NCBI GenBank assembly: GCA_051942205.1
Contig: JAVECO010000007.1
Span: forward strand, 62,001-126,000
Length of the DNA stretch: 64,000 bases
Origin: Coniocarpon cinnabarinum
Lineage: Eukaryota
Direction: 5' to 3'
The notes under the pieces were generated by a model, which saw only the letters and a program-made list of their open reading frames with translations, did no database searches and was not told the origin of the DNA. Position 1 is the stretch's first letter. Every line of letters begins with the position of its first letter. A program made the translations under genes and the position numbers. Shown piece by piece: positions 36,141 through 48,531 of this stretch.

Positions 36141-37303
36141 AAGAGCGTCAAATCGATGACGCATCAGGCTCTGCGCACATCCCTCGAGGCGGGATGCCAC
36201 ATGGCAGGCAACCTGTTGAGCCAGCGGTTGGTAATTCCTACCGACCTATCGATGGACACACCGCAAGCGAAGGACTCGCCGATGTTCGGCTGCAGGGCCA
36301 GTTCGATCTTCAACGAACAGGGAGCTCACGCCACATGCCTGCTTGCATCAAAGTCCGAGGACGCCGTTCACCTGCCGTCGGATTCGAGTCGGCCGGTAGT
36401 CATGGGTTGGTCTTCAACCCTCAGAACTGGGCTGCCTTGGCCCTATCCTTCCGGCTGATTTCTTGCAGGCTCTTTCCCGGGATGTCGATCACCAGGACGG
36501 CCGACTCATGTGTTCAACGACGCACCCCTCAAGGACTACTGCAGGACAATGAGAGCTGCAAAGCTCTTGCTCTTGCAGGAGCTGGATAGTACTGGCGATC
36601 TGGCGGTGTGAAGTCCCGCCACTGTCACACATACCACCCGAGTCGAGATTGATGTGAAAGATGTTCAGAGGGACAGGTGTGCTTGACTCTGCGAGACACT
36701 TCGGATGGAGGAAAATGCTTGCCGATGGATGGTAAACCTAGACAGAGCCTGAAAGAAGGCTCAGCGCTCGTGCTCGCGCTCACGTGGCTATGCCCGAGCT
36801 TTAGAGATAGAGGCAGCTTTGCCATTCACCGACGATGTATGATCACTCATTCAAACGCATCACACATGTGACGGCACTGCATCTCATTGAACGAAGACCG
36901 CTTGGCATGTCATTGCGGAAGATTAATGTGAAGTAGCCAGCATCGATCCACCGTCTATGCATTATGTGCTCGTCCGTCACAGGCCTGACCATAGGTAGGA
37001 TTCTTGACTTGGGAACGACAATCGCAGCGCTCACCCTGTGCTTCTCTGGAGTCCTCTTCGCTCTCCCCATGCAACGAATAAGTCAGCAATCCTTCACCCA
37101 GCGGATCCCGAAGCTTTCCCTCCTCGTTCGTTCCGAGCTACACGATATGCCTTCATCCTCAATGTCTTCCTGCCTCAATAGTGCCACCCTGTCTGCCCTC
37201 GAACATCACACCGCAAGATCATCATAGTCCAGATCCACGTGACAATGCTCAGACCGTATCTTCATTATACTGATGCCACCCACGTTCTTTCCCGCGAAGA
37301 CCC

Positions 37304-38047
37304 TCAGTAAAAACTCTCCACCATCGCATCCTTGTGAACCGTATTAATCGCATCCGGCCCCACGCCCTCTTCACCCAGCCTAAACACACTCTCAATGACA
37401 GAGAGCTCCGTCACCGTCGTGTCCAGCCCGCATACCCCCATCCAATCATTAACGACGCACCCCGCGCCCACGACTGCACTCCCGCGATTCACACTCCCCG
37501 CCACCAACGGCACCTGCAATAAACTCGACAGCTCGTCCTGATCCTGCACGCTCGTCTTCGGATGCACCAACCCCCCGCGATTCGACAGCGTCATGTAGCT
37601 CCCGACGAGCACATTGTCAGCGACCGTCTGGCGGAACACCTCCACGCCCAGTACATCCGCGACTAATTCCTCCGTCTCTTTCTCCACATCCGGATGGATC
37701 AATGCAACATGATCATTTGCAACGATCACATTTCCGAGTGCACTCAGCCTCTCTTCGATTCTCTGGATCTTGACGGAATCGGGGAGCGCATTCCGTAAAT
37801 GCTGTAATTCTTGGTCCGTCGTACTCGTCGGCACCAGTAAACCGTGGCGGTTCCCCGTTGTCAAACGGCCGATGATGCGCGTGCCCGCGACGGTGGTGGT
37901 CACGATGGGGATCAAGTCTGCGAGCTCGGCCTCGAAGATGGAGTAGAAGTTTTGGGACGCGCCCGGGGTGAGGAGGCAGTAGCTATTGGTGAGGGTGGCG
38001 AAGACGCCGATTTCGTTGCTGTTTTCGAAGGAGGCGCGGACGGCCAT
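37304..38047 (-). CDS. TIF6: Translation initiation factor eIF6
   Basis: [51 protein letters not shown]; single exon, 247 aa. Confidence 0.98.
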   Translation of the reverse strand: MAVRASFENSNEIGVFATLTNSYCLLTPGASQNFYSIFEAELADLIPIVTTTVAGTRIIGRLTTGNRHGLLVPTSTTDQELQHLRNALPDSVKIQRIEERLSALGNVIVANDHVALIHPDVEKETEELVADVLGVEVFRQTVADNVLVGSYMTLSNRGGLVHPKTSVQDQDELSSLLQVPLVAGSVNRGSAVVGAGCVVNDWMGVCGLDTTVTELSVIESVFRLGEEGVGPDAINTVHKDAMVESFY

Positions 38048-38726
38048 TTGGAAAAATCGAGGGTGGAGATGCGGGCAGAGCGAGGGAGGTCGTGGTCAGG
38101 GATTCGCGGAAGGAGTGGGATGTGTGTGATGTTGGTTGAGAAAGTGATTGCGGGGTTTCGAGGATGTCGATTGTGTGCGATTTGTGAGGTGGAGATTGTG
38201 TCGTTGTCTGAAGTGAGGAATAAGAATGTAATATATGCTAGTGAGTGCGGTTGTCAAAGAAGCAAGCTGACAGGTACGTGCAAGAGGCTAAGCAGCTGTG
38301 CGTGCGTGAGAGTCACGGTGTATACCTATCCAGTATCAACTTTGCTAGGTGTGAATCATGATGGAGTCTCACAAGCCACCAGCCGGCGCAGTCAACTCCG
38401 AACGGCCCACGGATCCACCCGGCGTTAGCACGCGTCCTGACCGTCACTGATGCTCAACACCGTCTCGTCGGGAGCTACCGCATGCAGTAACTATTCAATG
38501 ATGGGCATCGTATACTCACGCGACTCATCCGCGCATCAAATAGGTGACCTTGTACAGGTAGATCAGGACGTTCCACACGGCACGCGCGCTGATCCCGAGC
38601 CGTCGGCCACGTCGATCATCCTCGTCCCAACTCGTATTTACATGCACCGGTGATTCCACATTTACTCATGGCAGTGCTCTCGCCTGCCCCCCACAATCCC
38701 TCGCACCCCCGCGCTCAACATCGACC

Positions 38727-39980
38727 ATGACCACCACGACCGCCACGCCGCACGATGCACCGCTCCGCACGTTCTTCGTCTCGCCCTCGCCCTCTCACTC
38801 CACATCTCCAACACCGCATCCCAACCCAACAAATGCCCCTCCGCTCCCATCCACAGCTGCATCCACCCTCCCTGATCCCTCCATGAGCGAACCCTCTTCC
38901 TCGACAACGACCAATGTCGCAGCGTCCATGACTCTGACCTCCCTCCCGACCTCTCCTCCAAGCTTGCCGTCTCTCCGCCACGATCTCTCCGAAAAAGGCT
39001 TCTGCGTCATCCCTCAGTTTTACAGCCCACAGCAACTCTCACGATTGCGCGCCGCCGCTCACGCCGCCGCTCAGCGCGCACGGACCGGAAACTGGAACCA
39101 TGTCCGAACATTGCCACGCCAGTTTCCGCCGTGGAACGCAGATGACGCGAAAGAGCAAGGCATTTGGGGCGTGCAGCATCTTTTGCATCCGGAGATGCCT
39201 CTGGACGAGCGACGAGAGTTCCTGCAATGTTATTTTGGAGGGGCATTATTGGGTATCTGTCTGGGGTTGATGAGGGAGACTGAGATCTCAGTGGGGGACA
39301 GTACCGGTCTTGGTGCTGGAGTGGACAGCGCTGCTGAGAATTATGGAACTAGAGGAAAGGATGAGACCGAGCGAACCGACGAGGACGAACAACTCGTCAT
39401 GGAGCTTTTTAACATGCTGATAACGCCCCGGCACAACTTCCAATTGAAATGGCACCGCGATGCGATTGCCTTTCAGAACCTCAGTGTCGAAGAAGAAGCC
39501 GAGCAACTCGGCCTCAACACTCCAGAAGGTCGACGTAGAGCACACCACGTGCAATACAACATACCGCTATACAGGGACCAATCGTTGATCCTGATTCCGG
39601 GCTCACATCGGCGACCGAGAACGTCGCAAGAGCTCGAGCTACTCTCGCAAGACCCGTATGCGCCTGACTTACCAGGAATGCTGATCGTCGACGCACAACC
39701 GGGAGACGTCATCTTCTACGACAACAACGTGATACACACTGGGCGATACGATAGCACCGTGGAGAGAGTGACACTGCACGGATGTGTGGGAGATGCGCGA
39801 GGAGGCAATGGAAGGGCGAGGAACATTTTGCAGCATGGTGTTGGTGACTGGGTGGAGGAACTAGATTTTGAAGGATTGGAAGCAGAGGAGCGGAGAAGGG
39901 CGGAGGGAATGAGGCGTCGCCTGGTCGAGTTGGGTAAGGGAGTCGGTGCCGAAGGGCGGAAGGCGGTGTTTGATGAGTAG
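38727..39980 (+). CDS. Phytanoyl-CoA dioxygenase (PhyH)-family Fe(II)/2OG enzyme
   Basis: GIWGVQHLLHP, LVMELFNML, WHRD, IPGSHRR, PGDVIFYDNNVIH and RVTLHG motifs. The start may be a later ATG after the S/T/P-rich leader. Confidence 0.85.
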   Translation: MTTTTATPHDAPLRTFFVSPSPSHSTSPTPHPNPTNAPPLPSTAASTLPDPSMSEPSSSTTTNVAASMTLTSLPTSPPSLPSLRHDLSEKGFCVIPQFYSPQQLSRLRAAAHAAAQRARTGNWNHVRTLPRQFPPWNADDAKEQGIWGVQHLLHPEMPLDERREFLQCYFGGALLGICLGLMRETEISVGDSTGLGAGVDSAAENYGTRGKDETERTDEDEQLVMELFNMLITPRHNFQLKWHRDAIAFQNLSVEEEAEQLGLNTPEGRRRAHHVQYNIPLYRDQSLILIPGSHRRPRTSQELELLSQDPYAPDLPGMLIVDAQPGDVIFYDNNVIHTGRYDSTVERVTLHGCVGDARGGNGRARNILQHGVGDWVEELDFEGLEAEERRRAEGMRRRLVELGKGVGAEGRKAVFDE

Positions 39981-40861
39981 TGAGGTGAATCTGGTGGAGA
40001 CTGAGAGTCGGTCAGATCCCTGGCGACGACAAGTCCTGCTTTGGCCGTGGGGTTGACGAATCCATGTTTGAATGTGTGAATGGGCCACGAGACAATGTGG
40101 AGCGGATCAAGATCCAGCGGAGAGTATTGACATGTGGCGTGCCTACGTAGCCACAGGCATGCATCTGAGTGAAATAATCTCTCAAAATCCTGCAACCTTG
40201 TAACGGCCACACTTCTTGAGTGAAAGATGATGAAATGGTAAGGTAAGCCATCGCTCTTACCAAGTCAATTCGGGAAAACTTGTAGTTGCTGCCAGCACAG
40301 AGGCAAAATCACAACCAAAAGGTAAAGGATCAAGGTAAGGCAAGATCCCCATTCTCGAAAAAGTCGGGTCACTCAATGCTCCAAGAGCCAATCCCAGTGT
40401 TTTGCGACAAAATCCATATGATTTTCACATCCGAGTCAGCTGCTCGAGAAGAAACGTGGTATCAGTTTAGCGAACAGGTCGTGATTAGACTTCGCCGAGC
40501 ATACCGCTGTCCCTAATATAGCAGCTTAGGTACCCCGAAGTACATTTTCTGGTATGCCTAGTATCTCTACATGCAGTGCGAAGGGCTTAGCCCTCACGAC
40601 CCTGCATATCTGGTCTTGCCATCTTCCGCATGAAGGCAATGACCGTGCATGCCGCGCTCGGAGGGCGGTTTTGCAAACCACGACAGCGCGCAGGCCCACT
40701 TATGTGCGGCGGCAGTGCCCGACGCAAGCGCCATAGCTCAAGAAACGGCTGCGCGCACAGCCGCTCGTGCACAACTATATTGTGCCTTTTTAATCTTCAC
40801 CGATGTCGGCATGTCTTCAGGCAGATGCTGGATAGGGTGAAGATTACCGTCGACCATGCAG

Positions 40862-40892
40862 CGTCGCCGCCGTCGCCGCCGCCGCCGCCGCC
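40862..40892. repeat. (GCC)n trinucleotide microsatellite
   Basis: CGTCGCCGCCGTCGCCGCCGCCGCCGCCGCC in an intergenic region. Confidence 0.7.
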
Positions 40893-43036
40893 ACGGCACT
40901 GGTAGGCTTCAGTTGCTGAAGTGGCGGTGCGCACACAGACGCACGTTTCTCATTCTGAAGCTTTAGGCAAGCGTTGTGCTGCTTGAGGGTGTTTCTGAAA
41001 TGCACGACTGTATAGCAGGAAGCCCCAGCTGCAGAAGTATGTTGGCACGGCAGACATGCATGTTGGTGGTGCTGAAGAGTGTCCGAGTGTGTCTTATACG
41101 ACCGTTGGCAAGATCTTGACTCATGCGACCACAGGCAAACAGACTACAGTGTCATTACTTTCGTGCTGGCAGCTTTTTTTGACGCTCCTCTAGCACAATT
41201 AACAGTAGATGCTTGGTGCCATGTACTGGGTGACTGCTAAATAGGTAGAGAGGTGTAGCTCCTGATGTCGTATGCAGTAGGTTATGCTGGCGATAAGCTT
41301 GCGTCGTATTCGAAGACATCTTTGAATGTTAAGCATGAACAATAGGATCGTCTCGAGAGCACAAGCCTAGCGTAGACACAACTGAAGATTGATACTCGTA
41401 CTTGTACTAAGGCCAGCGGCTTAAATTGATGTGAGGTGCTCAGAGGAAGACGAATTCAGAAAGAACCTAGTATCCACTTACCTCGAACGAATTATGACAG
41501 TTCACAAGATCCGAACCGTTTGGTGGGTTCCTGATATGCTCATAATTCGTAGAGGATTATCGCAGTTGAGGCATCCTTCCCGCCCCAAAGGAGCTCTTAT
41601 CTGCGTGTTGTTGACTTGATTATTTTTAGCCAAATGTGAAAACTGGTTGACAATGCCAATTTCCATTAAAGCATGTCCCATTGCTTGACCTCGTGAACGT
41701 CAGCTCACTTGTATCGCACGACGAAGCCGTTATTTAGTGTGCACTGGAGCCCTTAGACCAAGCTCGCAAGAGAGATAGAAGCTGAGATGAGCTCTATAAA
41801 GAGTAATCTTGGAGTGGCGACTCGTCGGAAGCGTCTCGTTTTTGAGGTGTTGGTCGAAAGCGCATGTGTAGAGGATTGATGATAGTTCCGCTTAATTTTC
41901 ACAATTGAACATGATGCTTTGGAGGGGATTTCGCCAACGAGCATCAATGGGCATGCTCCGTGCGAATCCTAATGCATGCTTCTGGTGGCTTTTTTCTAGT
42001 ATAATTGTCAGCGTAGCCTCGGGATAGACTATGTCACAGCTGTGCCTAGATTTGGCTGATTGAATTATTTGACCGCCTTGCTAAGAATTGCTCAAACACA
42101 CTTCGGTTTGACAGAAGGCGTGCAGGAACCATAATGGATCTAAGGCAAAGAAGAGAGCGGTTGTGAACTCAATCTTGCGTGATGTGGAGTTTCCGCCTGT
42201 CCCGGAAGTCAAAGTTAAAGGCTAAATCGTATAACGAAGCGGGATCGCCATTCGCTGATACAAAGCCAACAAAAGCATTTCCCAGCACGAAGGAAAACAA
42301 ATTGGCAAGAGCCTGAGCAAGGGAGAGACGCGAAGATGGCGAGAGAAACAGGCACGATGGCACGCGGGGGTCGTTGCGGGGGCGCAGGAGCGGTCGGCTT
42401 GAGGAGAAATGACGTGTATGCCGTCCATCACCTTGTCGCGGCCAGGGCTTTTCTATTACCTGCTCGATACTACAGTACCATCTTCCATGCCTTGCTCGTC
42501 GGCCTCATCCTGCTCTCGTTTCACATCTGCGGCGGCCTGAAATGAGGAGGGCATGCACGCTAAAAGTCCTCCCGCACAAACGAATCGGCAAATCGCATGC
42601 CTGATGTCCATGATTCAGGCCGCGTGCTTACTTAGGCTGCATGGCTTCCCCTCACACTACTCAGCATGCTCGAGAAATTGGTGACAGTGGCAGCCTTGCT
42701 GGCTTAGGATGAGAAGAAGCGCCGAGATATGCGTGAAGCTGTTGTATTTTGCAGAGGTACTTGCGGGGAAGGTAGCGGTCGGGTGTCTGGGGTATCTCAC
42801 ACGTGTGTGCTAATCTATCATTGGTCCATCGAGTTAACGCCTTGTTCCCACTTATGCATCTTTCGTTGTCTCGTAAGGTCTGCTGAGGAATTGGCAAATA
42901 TCCACCCACATTTTTGCCATGCCCTGATGCGATGCAATCTTCAGAGAAATAATCCAATCAAATTCTACCTGGCAGACTCCAGCACCCATGCTCACTTTTG
43001 TCTGACGCCTCATTGGGGAACCGCTTGCGACGGAGC

Positions 43037-44965
43037 TCATATCGTGTCTTGTGATTCTGCCCGCGATTCGGTTTTCTGCTTGGACTCGCGAAGCCACAAG
43101 CTGTTCAGCGCGCCAACAACGGCGGCCAGGCCTGCTGCCCACCATGGCATTCCGAGATAGCCCAGATTCAACCCAGCCGACTGGATCAGTCCGGACACCG
43201 TGGGACCAAATGCTCGTGACAGGCTCGCGGCAGATGCTGCAACGCCGTTGACAAAGCCAAGCACAAGCAAACTTGGTGCGGCATCCGTCAGCAGCAGCAT
43301 GTTCGAAGGGTACGATAGTGCTTGATGAGTGACCTTCCACAGGAGGACGAAGCCCAGAGCCCACATGCGTAGTACCGCAGGCAAGAGAACCAAGTATGGC
43401 ACAATGATATACAAAAATGGGTACGTCAGCGCTGTGAGCTGAAACGTTCGCAATGGGCCGAGCTTTTTCACGATGACTGGAAAAAGTATCATCTGCGCAA
43501 ACATTTGATAGACTCCCTGCATGGAGAGAATTAATCCGGTCGTTGTAGTCGGCAGACCAAAGCCTCCCGTGAACTTAAAGGGCAGCTCCGCAGCATTGTT
43601 AGAAGGCTTCATACTCAACAGCACCGGTAGCAGCTGCTCAAACGCGATGGTATGGCTATGAAGCAGTCAACGAACACATCGTTCTTCCCCTTGCCAATCG
43701 GTGTACTTACTATGCGAGGATGCCATAGCTGACGACATTGCCCATGACTTGTGCCGTGAGCGCCCGTTGCGCTGCAGGTTTTTCTTTCGTCTCCGAGGCC
43801 TCAGGATCGAGCTCTAGCACGGAGAGCTCGTCCACGGCGCAACACTCAGCTTGTGCACTTTTAAGGTCATGATAATCCTTGGTGCTCAGATAACTCGGTG
43901 GAGTTTCGCAGTCGTCGATGAGCGTCGTAGTCTCATCAAGATTCGCGTCTTCCAGTTTGGAGTATTGAGAGCCGTTCGGACAGGCGTCCAGCTTACGCAG
44001 CAACCATTGACCCATCTCCAGGCCAATATCACGACGGTGCTTCTTCTGCTCGTGTGTTTCTTCGAGAAAAAGGATGCCAACTACCAAGCCCACGAGTACC
44101 ACGAGAGTACTGACAAGATTAGGCAAAAGATAGGGATATCGCTGGAAGATGGTCCCTTGCGCGAACAGAGTAGGAAAGTTCTTGACTGGATCCGCGAAGA
44201 AACCTCCCAGACCAGAGCCAATGATGGAGCTAATGAGCGTCAGTCACGTAACTTGTCGTGCTTCCAGTAAACGTAATCGGTACCCACCCAAAACACCAAA
44301 CAAACGGCATGATGGCAAAAGCTCGCGCTAAGGTGCGGTTAGTGCCTCATGCTGATCCACCTGTTCTGCAAGAACCTACGCTGCTGCTCCTTAATGGGTA
44401 CCACTTCAGCGACTGTTGTTTGAAGGACACCGATATTACTTCGTGCCAAGAGTCAGCAAATATGGCAGTGCTCACACTCACCGCAAGTTGACTCACCCGT
44501 TCAGAAACCCACCCAGAGCTCTAGCCAACAGAGCAACGGGAAGATTTGGAGCAAAGCCGAACACCAGCATACTCAGCCCAGTGCCAGCCAGGCCTGTCAG
44601 CAATATGGGCTTGCGTCCAACATGATCGCTCAGCTTTCCCCATAAGACACTGGTGGAGAACTCGGCGAGAGCGAAGGCAGACGTCACCATGCCTGCATAG
44701 ATGGCAATCTGCTTGTCATCGTCGGAAATGGCGAAGGACTTGATCATGTAGTAGATGTAGGGGAAAATGGACATGAAGGCGATGGGCTCGCATATTCGAC
44801 ATAACGCTACGCGGTTGCGGTCAGCGGCTCGGCCCTGCCCATCTGAAGAGTAGCTTGCTCAAGCTGCCCGTACGCACCCAGAACGAAGAGTTGTCGCTTT
44901 GGGAATGGCGGTGTCTGTCCATCGTGAGGTCGATTACCGTTCGAGATGCCCGCGTGCCAAGCCAT
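43037..44965 (-). CDS. Major facilitator superfamily transporter (YCR023C/ZIF-like), multi-intron
   Basis: FPKRQLFVL|ALCRICEPIAFMSIFPY, WGKLSDHVGRKP (MFS motif A), ARALGGFLNG and multiple TM helices. Several GT-AG introns. Confidence 0.9.
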
Positions 44966-47900
44966 GCTGGTGGGACGGACGCTGATGATGCCTTTTTTGC
45001 TGTCCGCGGAGAGATATCAGGAACACCGCGGGGCCAAAAGGACTTTGGGGTACTTTATAGCATTTTGAGGAACACCGCTGGAAGTTTAGAGTTTGGAAAG
45101 GCGGATTGACCAGGTTGTACGATCCAGTCTAGGGCAGCGTGTGCGTACGCTTGCCGGCGTGGAGAGTATGCGGGAGGCCAGTGGTCATCATGCGCAGGCG
45201 TGCCAACGTACAGCGGATGTGTGCTGGGGGCGGTGCAGTGCAGGAGGAGTAATAAGACGGAGCACCAACAAGGCCCAACAGGCGGAAAGGGGAAAAGAGA
45301 TGTACCTGAGCGGTGGCGCGAGAGTGGAGCAGGGCCCGGCGAGGAAGTGGCGGTATTGGAGACTGGAGCGGCCATGGCAGCGAGCGAGCGCCAGGAACGA
45401 CGCAGACGGAGAGGAGGTGGGAGTGTCGGTCGAGTCGGTCGAGGGTGAGGGAGTGGGAGTATGGCGCCGAACACGGTGAGAGAGGCAGATGCTTGCGCGC
45501 GTGCAAAGTCAGAGGGTGCTTGGTGTGGCTCCGTCGTCCCACGGTCCGGAAGTGAAGACGCCAGACCGCGCGCACAGCACGACTGACGACTGGTCCGCTG
45601 CTCGAGGGCGCCGGTTCCACTCAGCAGTCGTGGCCGCCGGAAAGTTTGATAGGAGAATTTCGATGCTGGCGTGCTCCTCAGACGTGCTCCTTTCATTACA
45701 CGGGCCCGGCGACGACAGCACCACACACCCCCCCACACACGTCTTCGCGCTCCTCAGGCTCCACGTCCCGAAGGTGCAATCGCTTGCTTCCTTCAGCCTC
45801 GCCTCCCCGCAAACCCACGTACGTGCGCCGGCAGACCGCGCCGCTGCATTATTCAAGGGGCTGACGCGAGCAGGCTCACTGGCCCATTGACCACGCTGGG
45901 CACTAGCCGGCGATCATCGTGGCCGGCCGTGACCTGCACGCCGGAGTCTGCCAGTCGCGTGGCGCGACTCAGGCCTGCAACGTGGGAAACCTTGGCGCAC
46001 GCTGAACTGTCGCTGCAGCGCTGCGGCGCGGACGAGACGCAGCTTTCCCTCAGGCCGCCAGCCAGCGCGCTCGACGGGGCACTGGACACGGGCGCCTCGG
46101 AGGTCGGCATGTGCTGTCTGAGGGGAGGCGGGAGCGCGACTGGTAGGCCATGGCTCTCGCAGCGCTTCCCCGACGCAATCAGAGAGCGGAGTGAGACGTG
46201 GAGAGGAAATTTCACTCTTCCACCCCGGGACGAGAGAGAGAGAGAGTCGTGAGGCGATGACGACGTGTGTGCAAATAAAGAGTCGCCAAGGCAGAGAAGC
46301 GGTGATTAGCTCGAGCGCGGACCGACCAGCGCGCCCTCTCACACCCCTCCATTGGCACGTTGCCCGCACAGACCACTCCGACCCAGGCCAAGACCGCTCC
46401 ACTCACCCCAGCGTCACAGCGTGACAGATGGCCTCCCTGACCATCACCATCAGCGGCGACGACGGAATGCGAGACAAACCTGCTCCCAGTGACGGTGACT
46501 GCGCATACGTGTGCCCCGTCCAACGTCCACAGCGCGCGGGGGCCGCCTGTCACATGGGCGGCGCGGGGGCTGTGTGCAGATATGCAGACGATATGCGGGC
46601 AGCAGCTGCTCGGCCAGAGTCGTGCAGTCGCGCGAGCTGGCAAAAGGCGGTGAACCCAGCCCGAGCGCGTCCGACGAATCGAGGAGGGAGCGTGGGCAGT
46701 GATCACTGTGGCACTGGGGGCACAAGTCCGTGGATGGGCGCTCGCGACAGCTCAGCTTGGCTCAGCAGGCAGCTATATCGCCATCCGTTATGTGTCCCGT
46801 GGCTGTTTGCGGCAGGGCGGCGTGCCTGAGACGAAAAAGTCCCTTCATGTACCTGAGTTCCTGCCCATCTGCCGAAACCCCCCATCTCTGAACCCGGGTC
46901 CCGCGAGTCAAATTCCCCGACCTGCTCTGTCCGCCTCTTGCCTTCTATACGGAATACACGACGACATACAAGCATCAGACGCCGCACAGGTCACACGACA
47001 GCGTGTCAATGCCTGTCGATCCCGTTCATGCATGTCTCGAGTCTGACGGCCGCCACATAGCGCTTCGCAGAAGTTCTCGAGCGACGCGTGGTGCTTCCGG
47101 CGTTGCGGCTGTCGTTTAGAGTTCGCGAATGCCCCGTGATGAGCGACATCAACCCAAGCTGCTTGGAGCGCTAGCTTTAGCGGCCCAGGTAAGCGCCGAT
47201 TCATTGTTACATGGTGACGCCCCCTGATTCTTGGTCTTCGGCAACTGTGCCTCCATGTCGAATGTTAGGTGATCCTTTCTTGCCTGTTCCATCCGACTTG
47301 TATTACGCTGTCCATACTACAGAGCTCACATCTCGATCGCTGCTATTACTCGTGCAGACCTGCCAGGGAAAGAGGGGTCTAGCAGTGTGCGAAGCTAAAG
47401 ATGCTTCGGTTCGTTGTTTGCGGCCTGGCATCCGGCCGTCCAAGCTCTTGCTTGCATTCTCTACACAAGCATCGTAGAAGAGTGAGGATGTGGACGCAAA
47501 GGGTTTCATTCAGGAGCTAAGCCAGCATGCAACGGGAAGGGCCACGTCCGCGCCGAAATTTGACGTTTGCAAGGGCCGTGTGAGATCTGTCGCGTCTCGA
47601 ATTCCTGGAGCTTCCTTGTTCCTGGCGTTTGGCACTCACGCGCGCATGCATGCATAGTCTGTAGCCACTCTATCCGTGACATCAGAACACTTTCGGCAGT
47701 TGTGCCGCTTGGACCACGCCGCGCTTACAGAAGCCTGACAAGCGCCCCTGGCGGTTCATGCAAGCAAGCGAAACCGTCGTCATTAGTCGGTGCTGCTTCA
47801 AGTTCAGTGAAGACCGTTCGGCAGCTTGAGAAAAGAAATAAGGTCCAGCAGCATGCGATGCTTTGCGAATCATTATCTCGCCAATGTTAACATGAGTGTC

Positions 47901-48531
47901 CCTTTCTCTCGGAGACTTCCATAGATCAACCTGGTCTGTGCCTGGAGACTGCAGTACATGTGCGGCTGCGGCAGGGTATTCGACCCCGGAATCCTCGCAC
48001 TTTGGCACCAGCAGCCTCATCGAATGAGTAGATTGCTATCACCATATGAGGGGCGCTTTGAGCTCTCGCAGCCTGTACAACGCACAGCCTATGACAAGGG
48101 TGATTGGACCATTTCGACGGGACCGTGCTGCAGACGAGTGCAGCATTGGGCACAGAGCCGTCGCCCGATCTGCAACCGCTTTCACGACCGTGAAATGACT
48201 TGCATTTTGCACAGCGGGACTGTCGTTGGTGCGCAGCATTTCTCAAGGCCGCGCAGCAGCATCTTCATGTGTTGAGCGAAAAAGGACTCAAACTTGTTGT
48301 AGATCCTTACAAAGTTGAGCGAATCAACACTCGGGACGGCAAGATTTACTCAAAATGTATGCAATCGCGATGTCGCTCCAGCAAGCCTGGCTTGCTGCAT
48401 GGGGCGTCGTGCTTGCATGACTAGGCAATGTGCATCTCGCCTCCCTCATGCAGCCCCTATCGCGCACGTCTGAAGATCAGCGTGCTCAGAGAGGAGCAGC
48501 AGTATGATCCAATGTGTCATGCCAGTCACTT

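Noticed and set aside
40000..42850. Possible RIP-decayed transposon in a gene-free stretch
   Set aside because: No terminal repeats, transposase or RT remnants, or strong AT/TpA skew visible by eye.
46812..46885. TPP-riboswitch-like string (GTGCCTGAGA..AAGTCCCTT..ACCTGA)
   Set aside because: The P4/P5 half (GG.TAAT.CC.GCG.AGG) is missing and no thiamine gene or host intron is nearby. It is probably chance; Rfam cmscan would settle it.
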